From: Mobula hypostoma
Taxonomy: Eukaryota
Direction: 5' to 3'
NCBI RefSeq assembly: GCF_963921235.1
Contig: NC_086098.1
Coordinates: 7,254,001 to 7,318,000, forward strand
Length of the DNA: 64,000 nucleotides
Part shown: in pieces, positions 10,540-22,744 of the stretch
How the letters are laid out: every line of letters starts with the position of its first letter
Numbering within the stretch: the stretch's first letter is position 1
The notes under the pieces: generated by a model
Database searches by the model: none
What the model saw: only the letters and a program-made list of their open reading frames with translations
Told to the model about the DNA's origin: nothing
Made by a program: the position numbers and the translations under genes

Positions 10540-13480
10540 AGAATAGAATCATAGAGAAGTTCAGCACAGAAACAAGCCCTTCAGCCCATCTAGTCCATGC
10601 CAAACAATTTAAATTGTCTTCTCCTATTGGCATTCACCCGGACTATAGCCACCCATACCCCTACCATCTATATACCTATCCAAACTTCTCTTAAACATTG
10701 AAGTCGAGCTCGCATGCACCCCTTGTGCTGGCAGCACGTTCCGCACTCTCATGGCCCTCTGAGTGACGAAACGTAGAAACATAGAAAACCTACAGCACAA
10801 TACAGGCCCGTCGGCCCACCAAGCTGTGCCAAACATGTCCTTACCTTAGAACTATCTAGGCTTACCTACAGCCCTCTATTTTTCTAAGCTCCACGTATCC
10901 GTCCAGGAGTCTCTTAAAAGACCCTATCGTTTCCGCCTCCACCACCGCTGCCGGCAGCCCATTCCACGCACTCACCACTCTCTGTGTAAAAAATTACCCC
11001 TGACATCTCCTCTGTACCTATTTCCAAGCACCTTAAAACTATGCCCTCTCGTGCTAGCCATTTCAGCCCTGGGAAAAAGCCTCTGACTATCCACACTAGT
11101 GGTCACCAACCCATCGATCGCGATCGACCAGTCGATCTTTGAGACTTTCCCAGTAGATCCCGAAAAAAATCAAACATAAATACACAAATACTGTTCTAAT
11201 GTGAGCATTACAAAAATAAGTAATACTAATTAGGATAATGGTAATATAGCAATACTTTCGCTACTGAAAGCTGTTTGTAAAGAGAGATTGTTTCCGGGTT
11301 GCGGGGTTTTTATTCCCAGTGCGCATGTGTGTATCTCCCTCGCCATGCACCGCATTTTCAATGTAGCTTGTGCTGCATCAAAGTGACCAATTAGATTAGA
11401 TAAGAGTACAGACTGTCACAAACATCAATATACGGCACTCACTCGTGATATCCTGATGGCATGGTGGAGACTCCATGAAAGAAAGGGAAAACATACAAAT
11501 TCCATTCACAGTGGGAAGAGGAATTTCTATTTACCTTGGTGAAAGACAAGTGTGTATGTATGTTGTGCCACCAAACACAAGCACTGACTAAAAGAGGGAA
11601 TCTGGAGCAGCACCACAACACCAACCTCCAGAAATATAAAGACACCTACCCCCCAAAGAGCGCAATTCGTGCCTGGAAAGTTGAGCTGAAATCGGGTTGA
11701 AGACCCAGCAGTTGTTTTTCACAAAACACGCTGCTTAAAATAAGGCTGCTATTGAAGCATCATTTCGTGTAAGTCACCTTTTGGCTAAACACAAGAAGCC
11801 TTTTACAGATGGCGATTTATTCAAGGAAGCAATGGCCATTACCGCAGAGACTGTTTTTAATGACTTTAAAAACAAAAACGACATCAAAACCGCAATACAT
11901 AATATACCGCTTGGCCCTGCAACAGTGATAAGGAGGGTAGAGTCACTGTCGGAGGATGTGGTGTGAATATTTTTCACTACAGTTTGACGAATCCCTGAAT
12001 GTAATGCAAACAGCTCAGCTTGTTGTATTTGTCAGAATGGCTTTCCAGGATTTTACAACAAAGGAGGACTTCCTCACTCTTTTGCAATTAAAGGAGAGAA
12101 CAAGAGGTGAGGATATTTACAATGAGTTTAAAAAATATGTTAGTGAAAATGACAACCCCATTTATAAACTGGTGGCAATTACTACTGATGGGGCTCCAGC
12201 AATGTGCAGTGTACGCTGTGGTTTTAGAGCACTAAAAGGCAGTGCTTACTTTGGGTCAACTTATCTGTGTGAAATTGCATTTTCACAGATGAAAATTATT
12301 AAATCTAAGTACAGGAGCTGTCTTACTGACAGACACCTCACAGACTGTCTCAGACTGGCTGTCTGTAGTTATGAGCCAAATTTCAGGGAACTAGCAGAAA
12401 GTATTCAGCCCCAGTCATCACACTGAGTGCAACAGTCAAGTTTTATTCATTTATTTTTCGTGTTGAAATAAAATTAAATAATGAAACTTAGAATTACAGG
12501 TGTGAAGTATTGTAATATTCTTAAAGAAGGACAGCTATGGCCTGTTTGATATGCTAGTTACAGTGTTTTCTTGTTTGAATTAATTTGAAAGTTTGCCAAA
12601 AGTATTTTGTGTAATTCAAGTACAAGTAGCCCAAATAAAAGGCCTCAGATTAGAAGTACAATCTGAGCTGTTTTTTCTCTAAACAATTTAGTAGGTAGAT
12701 CTTGCCTTTCACTAAGGTCGAGGTTGGGGATCTTGGGCTTAAAAAGGTTGGTGACCACTAATCCACGTGATCAGTGCCTCTCATCATCTTATACACCTCT
12801 ATCAGGTCACCTCTCATCCTCCGTCACTCCAAGGAGAAAAGGCCGAGTTCACTCAACCTATTGTCACAAGGCATGCTCTCCTATCCAGGCAACATCCTTG
12901 TAAGTTTCCCCTTAAAATTTTCACCTTTCACCCTTAACACATGACTTCTAATTGCAGTCAAAGTTCAAAAAAAATTCAAAATACGTTTATTATCGAAGTT
13001 TGTATAAATTATATGGCCTAGAGATTTGTCTCCTTGCAGGCAGCCACAAGAGACCCAAAAGAGCCCATTAAAAAAGACCAATTGACACCCAATGTGCAGA
13101 GAGAAAAAAACCCACAAATCATGCAAACAGTAAAAGCAAGCAAACAGCATTCAGAACGAAAGTGAGTCCATAGACATGCAGCCCGGGGCAGACACCCAGC
13201 TTCAGTTCATCACACAGCGGAGCGTGCAGCCAGAGTCCCACCCAACTGCAGTGGAGAAAGCCTGCTTGCATTTACCCTATCTATACCCCTTATAATTTTG
13301 TATACCTCTATCAAATCTCCTCTCAATCTTCTACGTTCCAAGTAATAAAGTCCTCACCTATTCAATCTTTCCTTCAACTCAAGTCCTCCAGACTCAACAG
13401 CAATCCTTAGACTTTTTCAATTTCACTTACATCTTTCCTGTCGGTAGATGACCAGAACTGCACACAATACTCCAAACTAA
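10540..13480 (-). mobile_element. Nested CR1 3' fragments: outer CR1 split by an inner CR1 (10771-12903) and by a Rex-type tail (~12960-13235)
   Basis: Outer CR1 breaks at ~10770 and resumes at ~12904 and ~13235. The inner CR1 is itself split by the hAT element. Confidence 0.75.
11097..12760 (+). mobile_element. hAT (Charlie/Buster-type, GTF2IRD2/SPIN-like transposase) DNA transposon, internally deleted
   Basis: Perfect 15-bp TIRs TAGTGGTCACCAACC (11097-11111) / GGTTGGTGACCACTA (12746-12760). 8-bp TSD ATCCACAC/ATCCACGT (6/8). Broken ORF: BED-like CVCMLCHQ, KHKKPFTDG, FSLQFDES...AQLVVFVR, TTDGAPAM, FGSTYLCEIAFSQMKIIKSKYRS. Confidence 0.92.
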
Positions 13481-14082
13481 TACGTTGAACTTTGACTTTC
13501 AGCCATTTTCATTTATATAAAGTTTAATGTAAAGGAGATATTGACGAGTTAGGAATCACTGAAAAAACATGAATCTTGAGTTAGGATGAAGTGTTTCCCA
13601 AATCTTTCATGACTCAAATCCAATATTTTTGATTCCATAAGCGACAAACTTTTAACTAAATTCAGCATGTGTCATGAGTTGACCAAGCATTCTCTTTCTG
13701 TTCCACAACCCTAAGGGATCATCAACTGTGTAGGGCAGACATTAATTTCTTGCGGAAACATCAGTATCCAGGGAGGTGTGTCTAAAGAGATAGCTGACAT
13801 TCTTTTATCAGCAAACAAAAGGGGAAGCAGGATACAAATACTCTAATCTCTTTGTAAATCATTTTCTAAAGATATAATTTCTTCCAGAGGAAAGAAAGAG
13901 CACGCTTTGAAATTCCAGTCATTTATTTCGGACCTGAAGCAATATATCACTGTCAAATGCTTTATCTATCAGCTCCACAGTGCGCTGGTTACATCTGCGG
14001 ACACCTACAGCCCACTGGGAGATTTCATGGTGGCTTTCTGTTCTGTGGCTGCAGGTGTGAGGTTATCACACAGCTATTCGCT

Positions 14083-14094
14083 TTGCCATGGTAA
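14083..14094. promoter_or_regulatory. RFX X-box-like palindrome in a repeat-free block
   Basis: TTGCCATGGTAA. Motif match only. Confidence 0.25.
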
Positions 14095-15528
14095 TGAAAG
14101 TCAATTAAACAGATACAGTGATATTGCTATTCTCATTTGTGTGAAATAAAGTCTGCGGTTAATTTTAATACATTGCTGTAATTGCTATCTAGTCTTTAAT
14201 GGAATAATGAGACTGTAGTTGAGAAGCCACAGCTATCAAAATGCAGTTGTTTGTACTTCCCTTATTTCGGTCTTACATAAGGATTTGTAATGTTACTTAG
14301 TCTGAAATGTCACTGAATGCTGCAAAAGAGATGGTTTAATTCAGTAATTAAATACTAGCTGCTAACCATTGTGATATGACTGGCATTTTTTCTATCAAAA
14401 GCTACTTAAGATTTAAGTGGATGATAAGGCTGTGGGGGAAGAGGAAAAAATATAACGTTTAGTTTTGCTTTAATGTGTGCTGTTTTCAAATCCACCAGCG
14501 CCCCATGGGTCTGCTGAGGAGATTTTGCTTCTTTAACTGAATAAGAATAAGAAAGAGAGGAAAATGAAGACATCAAAACCTCAGCTGGATTCGAGCCGCA
14601 TTCCCCTTCAGCCCGCTTGATAAACCTAAACTGAAAGACTGCATTCTCTTATTTCCTACAACAAAAGTCAGACAATGGGTGGCCACTAACTGGGCTTTTT
14701 TGCTTATTACGGCGAGACATTATGCCAGGAATCTCCATTCAGTTGGAGATAATGCGCAGTCACATCGGACTTGTTGAGGCCAGAGCTCAATCTATTTCTG
14801 GGGACCTCTCCTTTTAATCTAATCCTGGCTTTACTGACTAGCATGCCAGGAAGCTGAAGAAAGTAAACGAGAACATCCCCGGCCCGTCTTCAGATCCGTC
14901 AAAGGTTGACATAATTAGAGGAGTTTCTGCGGCTCATTCATAACTCCCAGCTCCGGCTGTGGGAAGAACCTAGACAGCAAATGCACTCAAGAACTTTGAA
15001 TGGCATTTGGAGCCAGGGAGGAGAAGGCCTATTGTCTGAAGGGGCTTATCTGTTTTCTTTTGCATCCTGACAATGTTTACCTTTCCTTTTAAAGGCTAAC
15101 CTTAATTCTGTTTTCTTGTTACAGGGGAGCAAAGCAGAAGTTTGAGAGAGCTGTTAGATTATTTGTTGTAGAGGACTACTCTCTCCTGGGATAATGAGCT
15201 TTCGTGGGGGGTGGCACAGTAGCACAGTGGATAGTGCGATCACTCTATAACACCAGCAATCACTGATAGGACAATTCCCACTGCTATCTGTAAGGAGTTT
15301 GAGCATTCTCTCCCTATAACCACGTTAGTTTCCTCTGGATTCTCCGGTTTGCTCCTACATTCCAAAGATGCGCAGTTGGGATTAGGGATCTCAAACATGA
15401 GAAAGACTGCAGCGGATGTTTCGACCACATGCTCACCCAGACCTGTTAGCACAGCCACCTACACTTTCCGGTAGCTAGTCTACGCCGCCATCTTGTGCAC
15501 TCTCCTCTCCTATCAAATGCGTTCTTCT

Positions 15529-17288
15529 CCAGCCCTTTCCCTCTCCCACCCACCCGCCTTCACCTATCACCTGCCAGCCCTTTCCCTCTCCCACCCACCC
15601 GCCTTCACCTATCACCTGCCAGCCCTTTCCCTCTCCCACCCACCTGCCCTCACCTATCACCTGCCAGCCCTTTCCCTCTCCCACCCTCCTTCTCTCACCT
15701 ATCACCTGTCAGCCCTTTCCCTCTCCCACCCACCTGCCCTCACCTATCACCTGCCAGCCCTTTCCCTCTCCCACCCTCCTTCCCTCACCTATCACCTGCC
15801 AGCCCTTTCCCTCACCCACCCACCTGCCCTCACCTATCACCTGCCAGCCCTTTCCCTCTCCCACTCACCTGCCCTTACCTATCACCTGCCAGCCCTTTCC
15901 CTCTCCCACCCTCCTTCCCTCACCTATCACCTGCCAGCCCTTTCCCTCTCCTACCCTCCTGCCCTCACCTATCACCTGCCAGCCCTTTCCCTCTCCCACC
16001 CTCCTGCCCTCACCTATCACCTGCCAGCCCTTTCCCTCTCCCACCCACCTGCCCTCACCTATCACCTGCCAGCCCTTTTCCTCTCCCACCCTCCTTCCCT
16101 CACCTATCACCTGCCAGCCCTTTCCCTCACCCACCCACCTGCCCTCACCTATCACCTGCCAGCCCTTTCCCTCTCCCACTCACCTGCCCTTACCCTTCAC
16201 CTGCCAGCCCTTTCCCTCTCCCACCCTCCTTCCCTCACCTATCACCTGCCAGCACTTTCCCTCTCCCACCCTCCTTCCCTCACCTATCACCTGCCAGCCC
16301 TTTCCCTCTCCCACCCACCTGCCCTCACCTATCACCTGCCAGCCCTTTCCCTCTCCCACCCTCCTTCCCTCACCTATCACCTGCCAGCCCTTTCCCTCTC
16401 CCACCCTCCTTCCCTCACCTATCACCTGCCAGCCCTTTCCCTCACCCACCCACCTGCCCTCACCTATCACCTGCCAGCACTTTCCCTCACCCACCCACCT
16501 GCCCTCACCTATCACCTGCCAGCCCTTTCCCTCTCCCACCCTCCTTCCCTCACCTATCACCTGCCAGCCCTTTCCCTCACCCACCCACCTGCCCTCACCT
16601 ATCACCTGCCAGCCCTTTCTCTCTCCCACCCTCCTTCCCTCACCTATCACCTGCCAGCCCTTTCCCTCTCCCACCCTCCTTCCCTCACCTATCACCTGCC
16701 AGCCCTTTCCCTCTCCCACTCACCTGCCCTTACCCTTCACCTGCCAGCCCTTTCCCTCTCCCACTCACCTGCCCTTACCCTTCACCTGCCAGCCCTTTCC
16801 CTCACCCACCCACCTGCCCTCACCTATCACCTGCCAGCCCTTTCCCTCTCCCACCCTCCTTCCCTCACCTATCACCTGCCAGCCCTTTCCCTCTCCCACC
16901 CTCCTTCCCTCACCTATCACCTGCCAGCCCTTTCCCTCTCCCACCCTCCTTCCCTCACCTATCACCTGCCAGCCCTTTCCCTCACCCACCCACCTGCCCT
17001 CACCTATCACCTGCCAGCCCTTTCCCTCTCCCACTCACCTGCCCTTACCTATCACCTGCCAGCCCTTTCCCTCTCCCACCCTCCTTCCCTCACCTATCAC
17101 CTGCCAGCCCTTTCCCTCACCCACCCACCTGCCCTCACCTATCACCTGCCAGCCCTTTCCCTCTCCCACCCTCCTTCCCTCACCTATCACCTGCCAGCCC
17201 TTTCCCTCTCCCACCCTCCTTCCCTCACCTATCACCTGCCAGCCCTTTCCCTCTCCCATCCTCCTTCCCTCACCTATCACCTGCCAGC
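15529..17288. repeat. 45-bp minisatellite, 39 units
   Basis: Unit CCAGCCCTTTCCCTCTCCCACCC(A/T)CCT(G/T)CCCTCACCTATCACCTG. Unit starts at 15529 and 17284 are 1755 bp = 39 x 45 apart. Confidence 0.97.
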
Positions 17289-17304
17289 TAGCCTCCTTCC
17301 TTCT

Positions 17305-17342
17305 CAGTCCTGAAGAAGGGTCTTGGATCGAAACGTCGACAG
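17305..17342 (+). ncRNA. Minimal type-I hammerhead ribozyme motif (helix I weakened)
   Basis: CAGTC-CTGAAGA-AGGGTCTTGGATC-GAAA-CGTC-GACAG. Confidence 0.55.
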
Positions 17343-17565
17343 TTCACTCTTTTCCATCGATGCAGCCTGTCCTGCTGAGTTCCTCCGGCATTTTGAGTAG
17401 GGTATGTGTGCAGACATGCTATGGTGCTGGAAGTGTGATGACACTGATAAGCTGCCCCCAGTACATCCTGTGACTGATTGAGTCAGTTTATGAGACAAAA
17501 AAGCTAATCCTTATCTTTAAAGCTAATGTTTACATTAAGAATTGATTTTTTAATGTAGAGATATT

Positions 17566-18034
17566 GTTCGTCCATCGTCGTCGTCGATGAAGACCTCGAC
17601 ACCATTATGTTGATGATGGTGTCCAGACTAGCGTGTGATTTGGATTTAAGTGAGGGAGAGTTGCGCAGCGTCAGCCTCACTCTCTCTTCCCAATTCCCAT
17701 CTGGGTCCAGTGGCAAGACAAGAGTTGAGACGACTGGAGATGGGACTAGGCACAGTGGATGACCAGGATGTCTTCTGTGTCTTGTCCTGCTCTACACGTT
17801 CCACGACGCTTGCAGAGACCGCCTTCTTGACCGTTGGACCTTCCATTGGTCTCGTCCACTCAATCTGCCAGAGTCTGTCTTCACAGGCTGGGATAGACAA
17901 CTCTCTATCTCACCGAGGGTTTGAGACCCGTCCGCTACCCTCACCTGGTTTAGCCGGCTTGTCGAAGCCATTGCCCGGGGTGTGGCCGCTGTCTCATGCA
18001 AACAGCTACGGGGAGCCACAGGTGAGAGCTGAGT
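17566..18034 (-). mobile_element. Non-autonomous RTE-type element (family C), 5'-truncated, with partial HDV-like ribozyme
   Basis: High identity to 49366-49830. Retains P2, P3, P1', P4, J4/2 and P2' but lacks the P1 5' strand. Confidence 0.85.
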
Positions 18035-18270
18035 AGAGATACAGCATTGGAATAAGCCTTTATAGTCGTTTGAGCTGCACCACCTAACAACACTCTAACC
18101 TGATCTTGAGATGATTTACAATGAGTAATTCACTTCTCCGGTAGTTCTTTGGATTGTGGGAGAAGACCAGAGCACCTGGAGAAAACCCATGCATTCCCTG
18201 GAGAGAAGGTACAAACTGCTTACAGAGGCTGCCGGGATTGAACTCAGGATGTAATAACATTGCACCAGCT
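18035..18270 (-). mobile_element. V-SINE
   Basis: Reverse V-domain CTTTGGATTGTGGGAGAAGACCAGAGCACCTGGAGAAAACCCATGC...GTACAAACTGCTTACAG. Confidence 0.7.
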
Positions 18271-19282
18271 GGTGCCATCCTCAACCATCAGGCCCTTGAA
18301 CAAAAGGGGATAAGCACACTCACTTGCCCCAACAGTGAGACGCTCCTACAACCAATGATCTCACTTTAAGGACTCTTTATCTCTTTATCTCATGTTCTTG
18401 TTATTTATTGCTATTTATTTATATTTGCATTTGCAAAGTTTGCTGTCTTCTGCACTCTGGTTGATCTTTCATTAATCCTGTTATAGTTACTATTCTCTAG
18501 ATTTGCTGAACATACCCACAAGAAAATGAATCTCAGGGTTGTATAGGATGAATATATGTACTTTGATAATAAATTCACTTTGAACTTGGTATGCTATCAT
18601 GGCCCTTAATGCATGTACTGAGATTTACAGGATGTTCACACTCTGTAACCATTCCAATTGCCAGTCCACACAAATTTAAATAACTATTACTTGTATGCTT
18701 CAGGGCAGTTTGGATGTAGAAGAAGCTGTAGATAGCATTTGGAGTAAAACTACTTCACACTTGAAAACCTAATCAGCTGAATAAGTGATGGATAATGGTG
18801 TTAATGTTGATTAAGTAAGACACACGCTGTACTAGACACCAAAAGCAACTTCGACACACTGTGGCACCATTTTAATCACAATATGAGAAGTCTACCCCTT
18901 CAATATGTTTCATTTTGCAGTGACACATATGGCTCTAAATGACACAGGCTTATCTATGATGAACATTAAGTTTCTCAGTTCTCCATTCTCCCCTTAAGAA
19001 GGCCAATTCCAGGTTATAATGGGTCTATTATGCGATGCACCACATTAGTGTGGAACATATTGTCATCCATTAGGTCCACAGGACTGTTAAGATTATAATT
19101 ATTTTTTCACTATAATGTACCTAATGGACCCATTTTGAGCAAAAGTAAGCAAACTGGTGTTTTTGTCAGTTTTGTATATGCATAGAATTTTTCCATAAAT
19201 TCTGTTGTATTTAGTTATTTCTTCAAATACAGCCCGGAATAGCTCTTCAAGCCGTGCCATCGAGCAATCCCCTGATTTATGA

Positions 19283-19660
19283 CCACAAGACCATGAGACA
19301 CAGGAGCAGGATTAGGCCATTCAGCCCATCGAGTCTGCTCCGCCATTCCATCATGGCTGACCCCAGATCCCATTCAACCCCATACAGCTGCCTTTTCGCC
19401 ATATCTCGTGATGCCCTGACCGAGCAGGAAATGAACAACTTCTGCTTTAAATATACTCACGGACTTGGCCTCCACTGCAGTCTGTGGCAGACCATTCCAC
19501 AGATTCAGTGCTCTCTGGGGGAAAAAAATCCTTCTTAACTCTGTTCTCAAAGGTCGCCTCTCATTTTTGAGACTGTGCCCTTTAGTTCTGGATACCCGCA
19601 CCATAGGAAATATCCTCACCATATCCTCCCCATCTAGAGTTTTTAACATTCGGTAGGTTT
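19283..19660 (-). mobile_element. CR1 3' end inserted within a V-SINE (~19225-19935)
   Basis: ORF 19374-19706 RTKGHSLK..RRPLRTELRRIFFPQRALNLWNGLP. Confidence 0.8.
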
Positions 19661-20049
19661 TTGCCAGCAAGAATATTGGTCTCCCTTGGATGCAAGTGCA
19701 ACTCATTCATTTTGTACAGGTCACACCGAGCCTAATCACAAGACAATTTATAATGACCAGTTAACCTACCAACTGGTACATCTGTGGACTGTGGGAGGAA
19801 ACCAGAGCACCCGGAGCAAACCCATGCTGGCACAGGGAGAATGTACAAACTCCTTACAGGCAGTGGAGGGAATTGAACCCACGCCGCTTGTACAGTAAAC
19901 CACTGTGCTAACCACTACACTACCGTGCTGCCCCAAGTATACTGTATTATGTATTTATGTGCATCTTATACTTATCCATGGTTCAACCTCCAGCTTATTT
20001 TGAGATACCTTTTTGTTTTTATTTACCAATGTTGAATGCTGTTGTTGGG

Positions 20050-20625
20050 GTGGCATGGTATTGTAGTGATTACAGCATAATAATGCTATTACAGCACCAG
20101 TGACTTGGATTTAAATCCCGTCACTGTCTATAAGGAGTTGTACTTTCTCCCACTGATTGCATGTGTTTCATCTGGGTCCTCCAGTTTATACTTTATACTT
20201 TTATACTTTATTGTCGCCAAACAATTGATACTAGAATGTACAATCATCATAGTGATATTTGATTCTGCGCTTCACGCTCCCTGGATTACAAATTGATAGT
20301 AAATATTAAAAATTTAAATTATAAATCATAAATAGAAAATAGAAAAATGGAAAGTAAGGTAGTACAAAAAAACCGAGATGCAGGTCCGGATATTTGGAAG
20401 GTACGGCCCAGATCCGGGTCAGGATCCCTTCGGCAGTCTTATCACAGTTGGAAAGAAGCTGTTCCCAAATCTGGCCGTACGAGTCTTCAAGCTCCTGAGC
20501 CTTCTCCCGGTTTCGTCCTGCTTTCAAAAGGTAATGAGTTTAGTAGGTTAATTGGGCACGTGTTTGTAATTAGACAGCAGAGGTTTACTGTCTAGAAGGG
20601 CCTGTTACCGTGCTGCATCTCTAAA
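20050..20625 (+). mobile_element. V-SINE with a Rex-type 3' end (~20188-20508, -) inserted in it
   Basis: SINE V-domain breaks at CCAGTTT and resumes at CCGGTTT; the insert has a (TATACTT)n tail. Confidence 0.7.
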
Positions 20626-20774
20626 AAACAAAAATAATCTTTTGTTGCATGTCATACCAACACACCACAGCAAATTCCTAATACATGTAAATGTAGATAG
20701 CTTTGGATTGCCAGTATCTGCAGAATTTTTTATGTTTATTGCTCTCCATTAATGCCGCCTGACCTGCTGAGGTT

Positions 20775-21310
20775 ATATTTCTTTAGCAGTTTGAGGAGAT
20801 TTAGTTTTTCACAAACTTCTACAGATGTACATGGAGAGCATTCTAACTGGCTGCATCACAGTCTGGCATGGGGAGGCGGGAGGTGGCGGGGTTGCTATAT
20901 CACAGGATCACAATAAGCTGCAGGGAGTTGTAAACTTATTCAGCTCCATCATGGGCACTAGCCTCTGTAGTAGCCAGAGAAGCTTCAAGGAGCGATGCCT
21001 CAAGAAGGCAGCATCCATCATTAAGGACCCCCATCACCCAGGACATACCCTCTTCTCATTACTACCATCAGGGAGTAGTACAGAAGCCTGAAGACATGAA
21101 CTTAACGATTCAGGATTAGCTGCCTCCCCTCTGCCATCGGATTTCTGAATGGACATTAAACCCATGAACACTGCCTCACCACTTTTTGTTTATTTTTGCA
21201 CTACTTATTTAATTTAATAGCTTAGTGTATAAATACTTACTGTAATTCAGTGTTTTTTCTATTATCATATATTGCATTTTGCTGCTGCTGCAGAGACAAC
21301 AAATTTCATG
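20775..21310 (+). mobile_element. Rex1/Babar-type LINE 3' fragment
   Basis: MESILTGCITVWHG...KKAASIIKDPHHPGHTLFSLLPSG. Confidence 0.85.
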
Positions 21311-21317
21311 ATATTTT

Positions 21318-22375
21318 TTGTGGATCCAGAACTGGCTTGTCCACAGAAGGCAAAGAGTGGTGATAGACGGGTCATATTCTGCATGGAGGCCGGTAACCAG
21401 TAGTGTGCCTCAGGGATCTGTTCTGGGATCCCTTCTCTTCGTGATTTTTATAAATGACCTGGATGAGGAAGTGGAGGGATGGGTTTGTAAGTTTGCTGAT
21501 GATACAAAGGTTGGGGGTGTTGTGGATAGTGTGGAGGGCTGTCAGAGGTTACAGCGGGACATTGATAGGATGCAAAACTGGGCTGAGAAGTGACAGATGA
21601 AGTTCAACCCAGATAAGTGTGAGGTGGTTCATTTTGGTAGGTCAAATATGATGGCAGAATATAGTATTAATGGTGTATTAATGGTAAGACTCTTGGCAGT
21701 GTGGAGGATCAGAGGGATCTTGGGGTCCGAGTCCATAAGACACTCAAAGCGGCTACGCAGGTTGACTCTGTGGTTAAGAAGGCATACGGTGTATTGGCTT
21801 TCATCAATCGTGGGATTGAGTTTAGGAGCTGAGAGGTAATGTTGCAGCTATATAGGACCCTGGTCAAACCCCACTTGGAGTATTGTGCTCAATTCTGGTC
21901 GCCTCACTACAGGAAGGACATGGAAACCATAGAAAGGGTGCAGAGGAGATTTACAAGGATGTTGCCTGGAACTCGGCCTTTTCTCCTTGGAGCGACAGAG
22001 GATGACAGGTGACTTGGTAGAGGTGTTCAAGACAATGAGAGGCATTGACCGTGTGGATAGTCAGAGGCTTTTCCCCAGGGCTGAAATGGCTAGCACGAGA
22101 GGGTATAGTCTTAAGGTGATTGGAAGTAGGTACAGAGGAGATGTCAGGGGTAAGTTTTTTATGCAGAGAGTGGTGAGTGCGTGGGATGGGCTGCCGGCGG
22201 CGGTGGTGGGGGCAGAAATGATAGGGTCTTTTAAGAGACTCGTGGATGGCTACATGGAGCTTTGAAATATAAAGGGCTGTCAGTAAAGCCTAGGTAGTTC
22301 TAAGGTAAGGACATGTTCAGCACAGCTTTGTGGGCTGAAGGGCCTGTATTGTGCTGTAGGTTTTCTATGTTTTTA
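21318..22375 (+). mobile_element. CR1 LINE RT to 3' end (decayed)
   Basis: WIQNWL..RRQRVVIDG..VPQGSVLG.LLFVIFINDLD...CKFADDTK; CR1 tail. Confidence 0.95.
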
Positions 22376-22744
22376 TATTCCCATGGCATTAAACCTGATT
22401 CTCATTCTGAGTTCCTCCAGTACTTTGTGTGTATATGATTCTTGACCCTTGTATTTCCTTATTTCCCCGAAAATGCCTGCAAGGAAATGAATCTCAGGGT
22501 AGTATATGGTAACACATATCGACTTTGATGATAAATCTTACATTGACTTTGAACTGATAGTCGATATCCTTGCATCAACTTTAAGCTTGCAACCAAAAGT
22601 GGATTTCTTTCCTTTTTTAAACCATTTGTTTTCCTTTTGGCTTTTTGAATTATACTGTTACTATTTTTGTTCTCACTTTCTCTTTGCTGTGTTGTGGGTG
22701 GATCATACTTCTGGCAGAAAATGCTCAATAGGTCAGTTAGTCAC

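Larger units (their letters stand above)
15208..17525 (+). mobile_element. V-SINE split by a Penelope pseudo-LTR that carries the minisatellite
   Basis: SINE head and V-domain at 15208-15388; SINE tail resumes at ~17400-17525; Penelope pseudo-LTR at 15496-17397 in between. Confidence 0.65.

Noticed and set aside
11781..12426. Domesticated GTF2IRD2/EPM2AIP1/ZBED-like host gene
   Set aside because: Frameshifts, stops and an internal deletion within TIRs and a TSD show it is a dead transposon copy.
15529..17288. CRISPR-like array
   Set aside because: Contiguous tandem units with no unique spacers, no cas genes and a eukaryotic context.
15493..17313. 606-aa and 598-aa ORFs (extensin- or mucin-like repeats)
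   Set aside because: Artefacts of a stop-free 45-bp minisatellite that is open in several frames and derives from a Penelope UTR.
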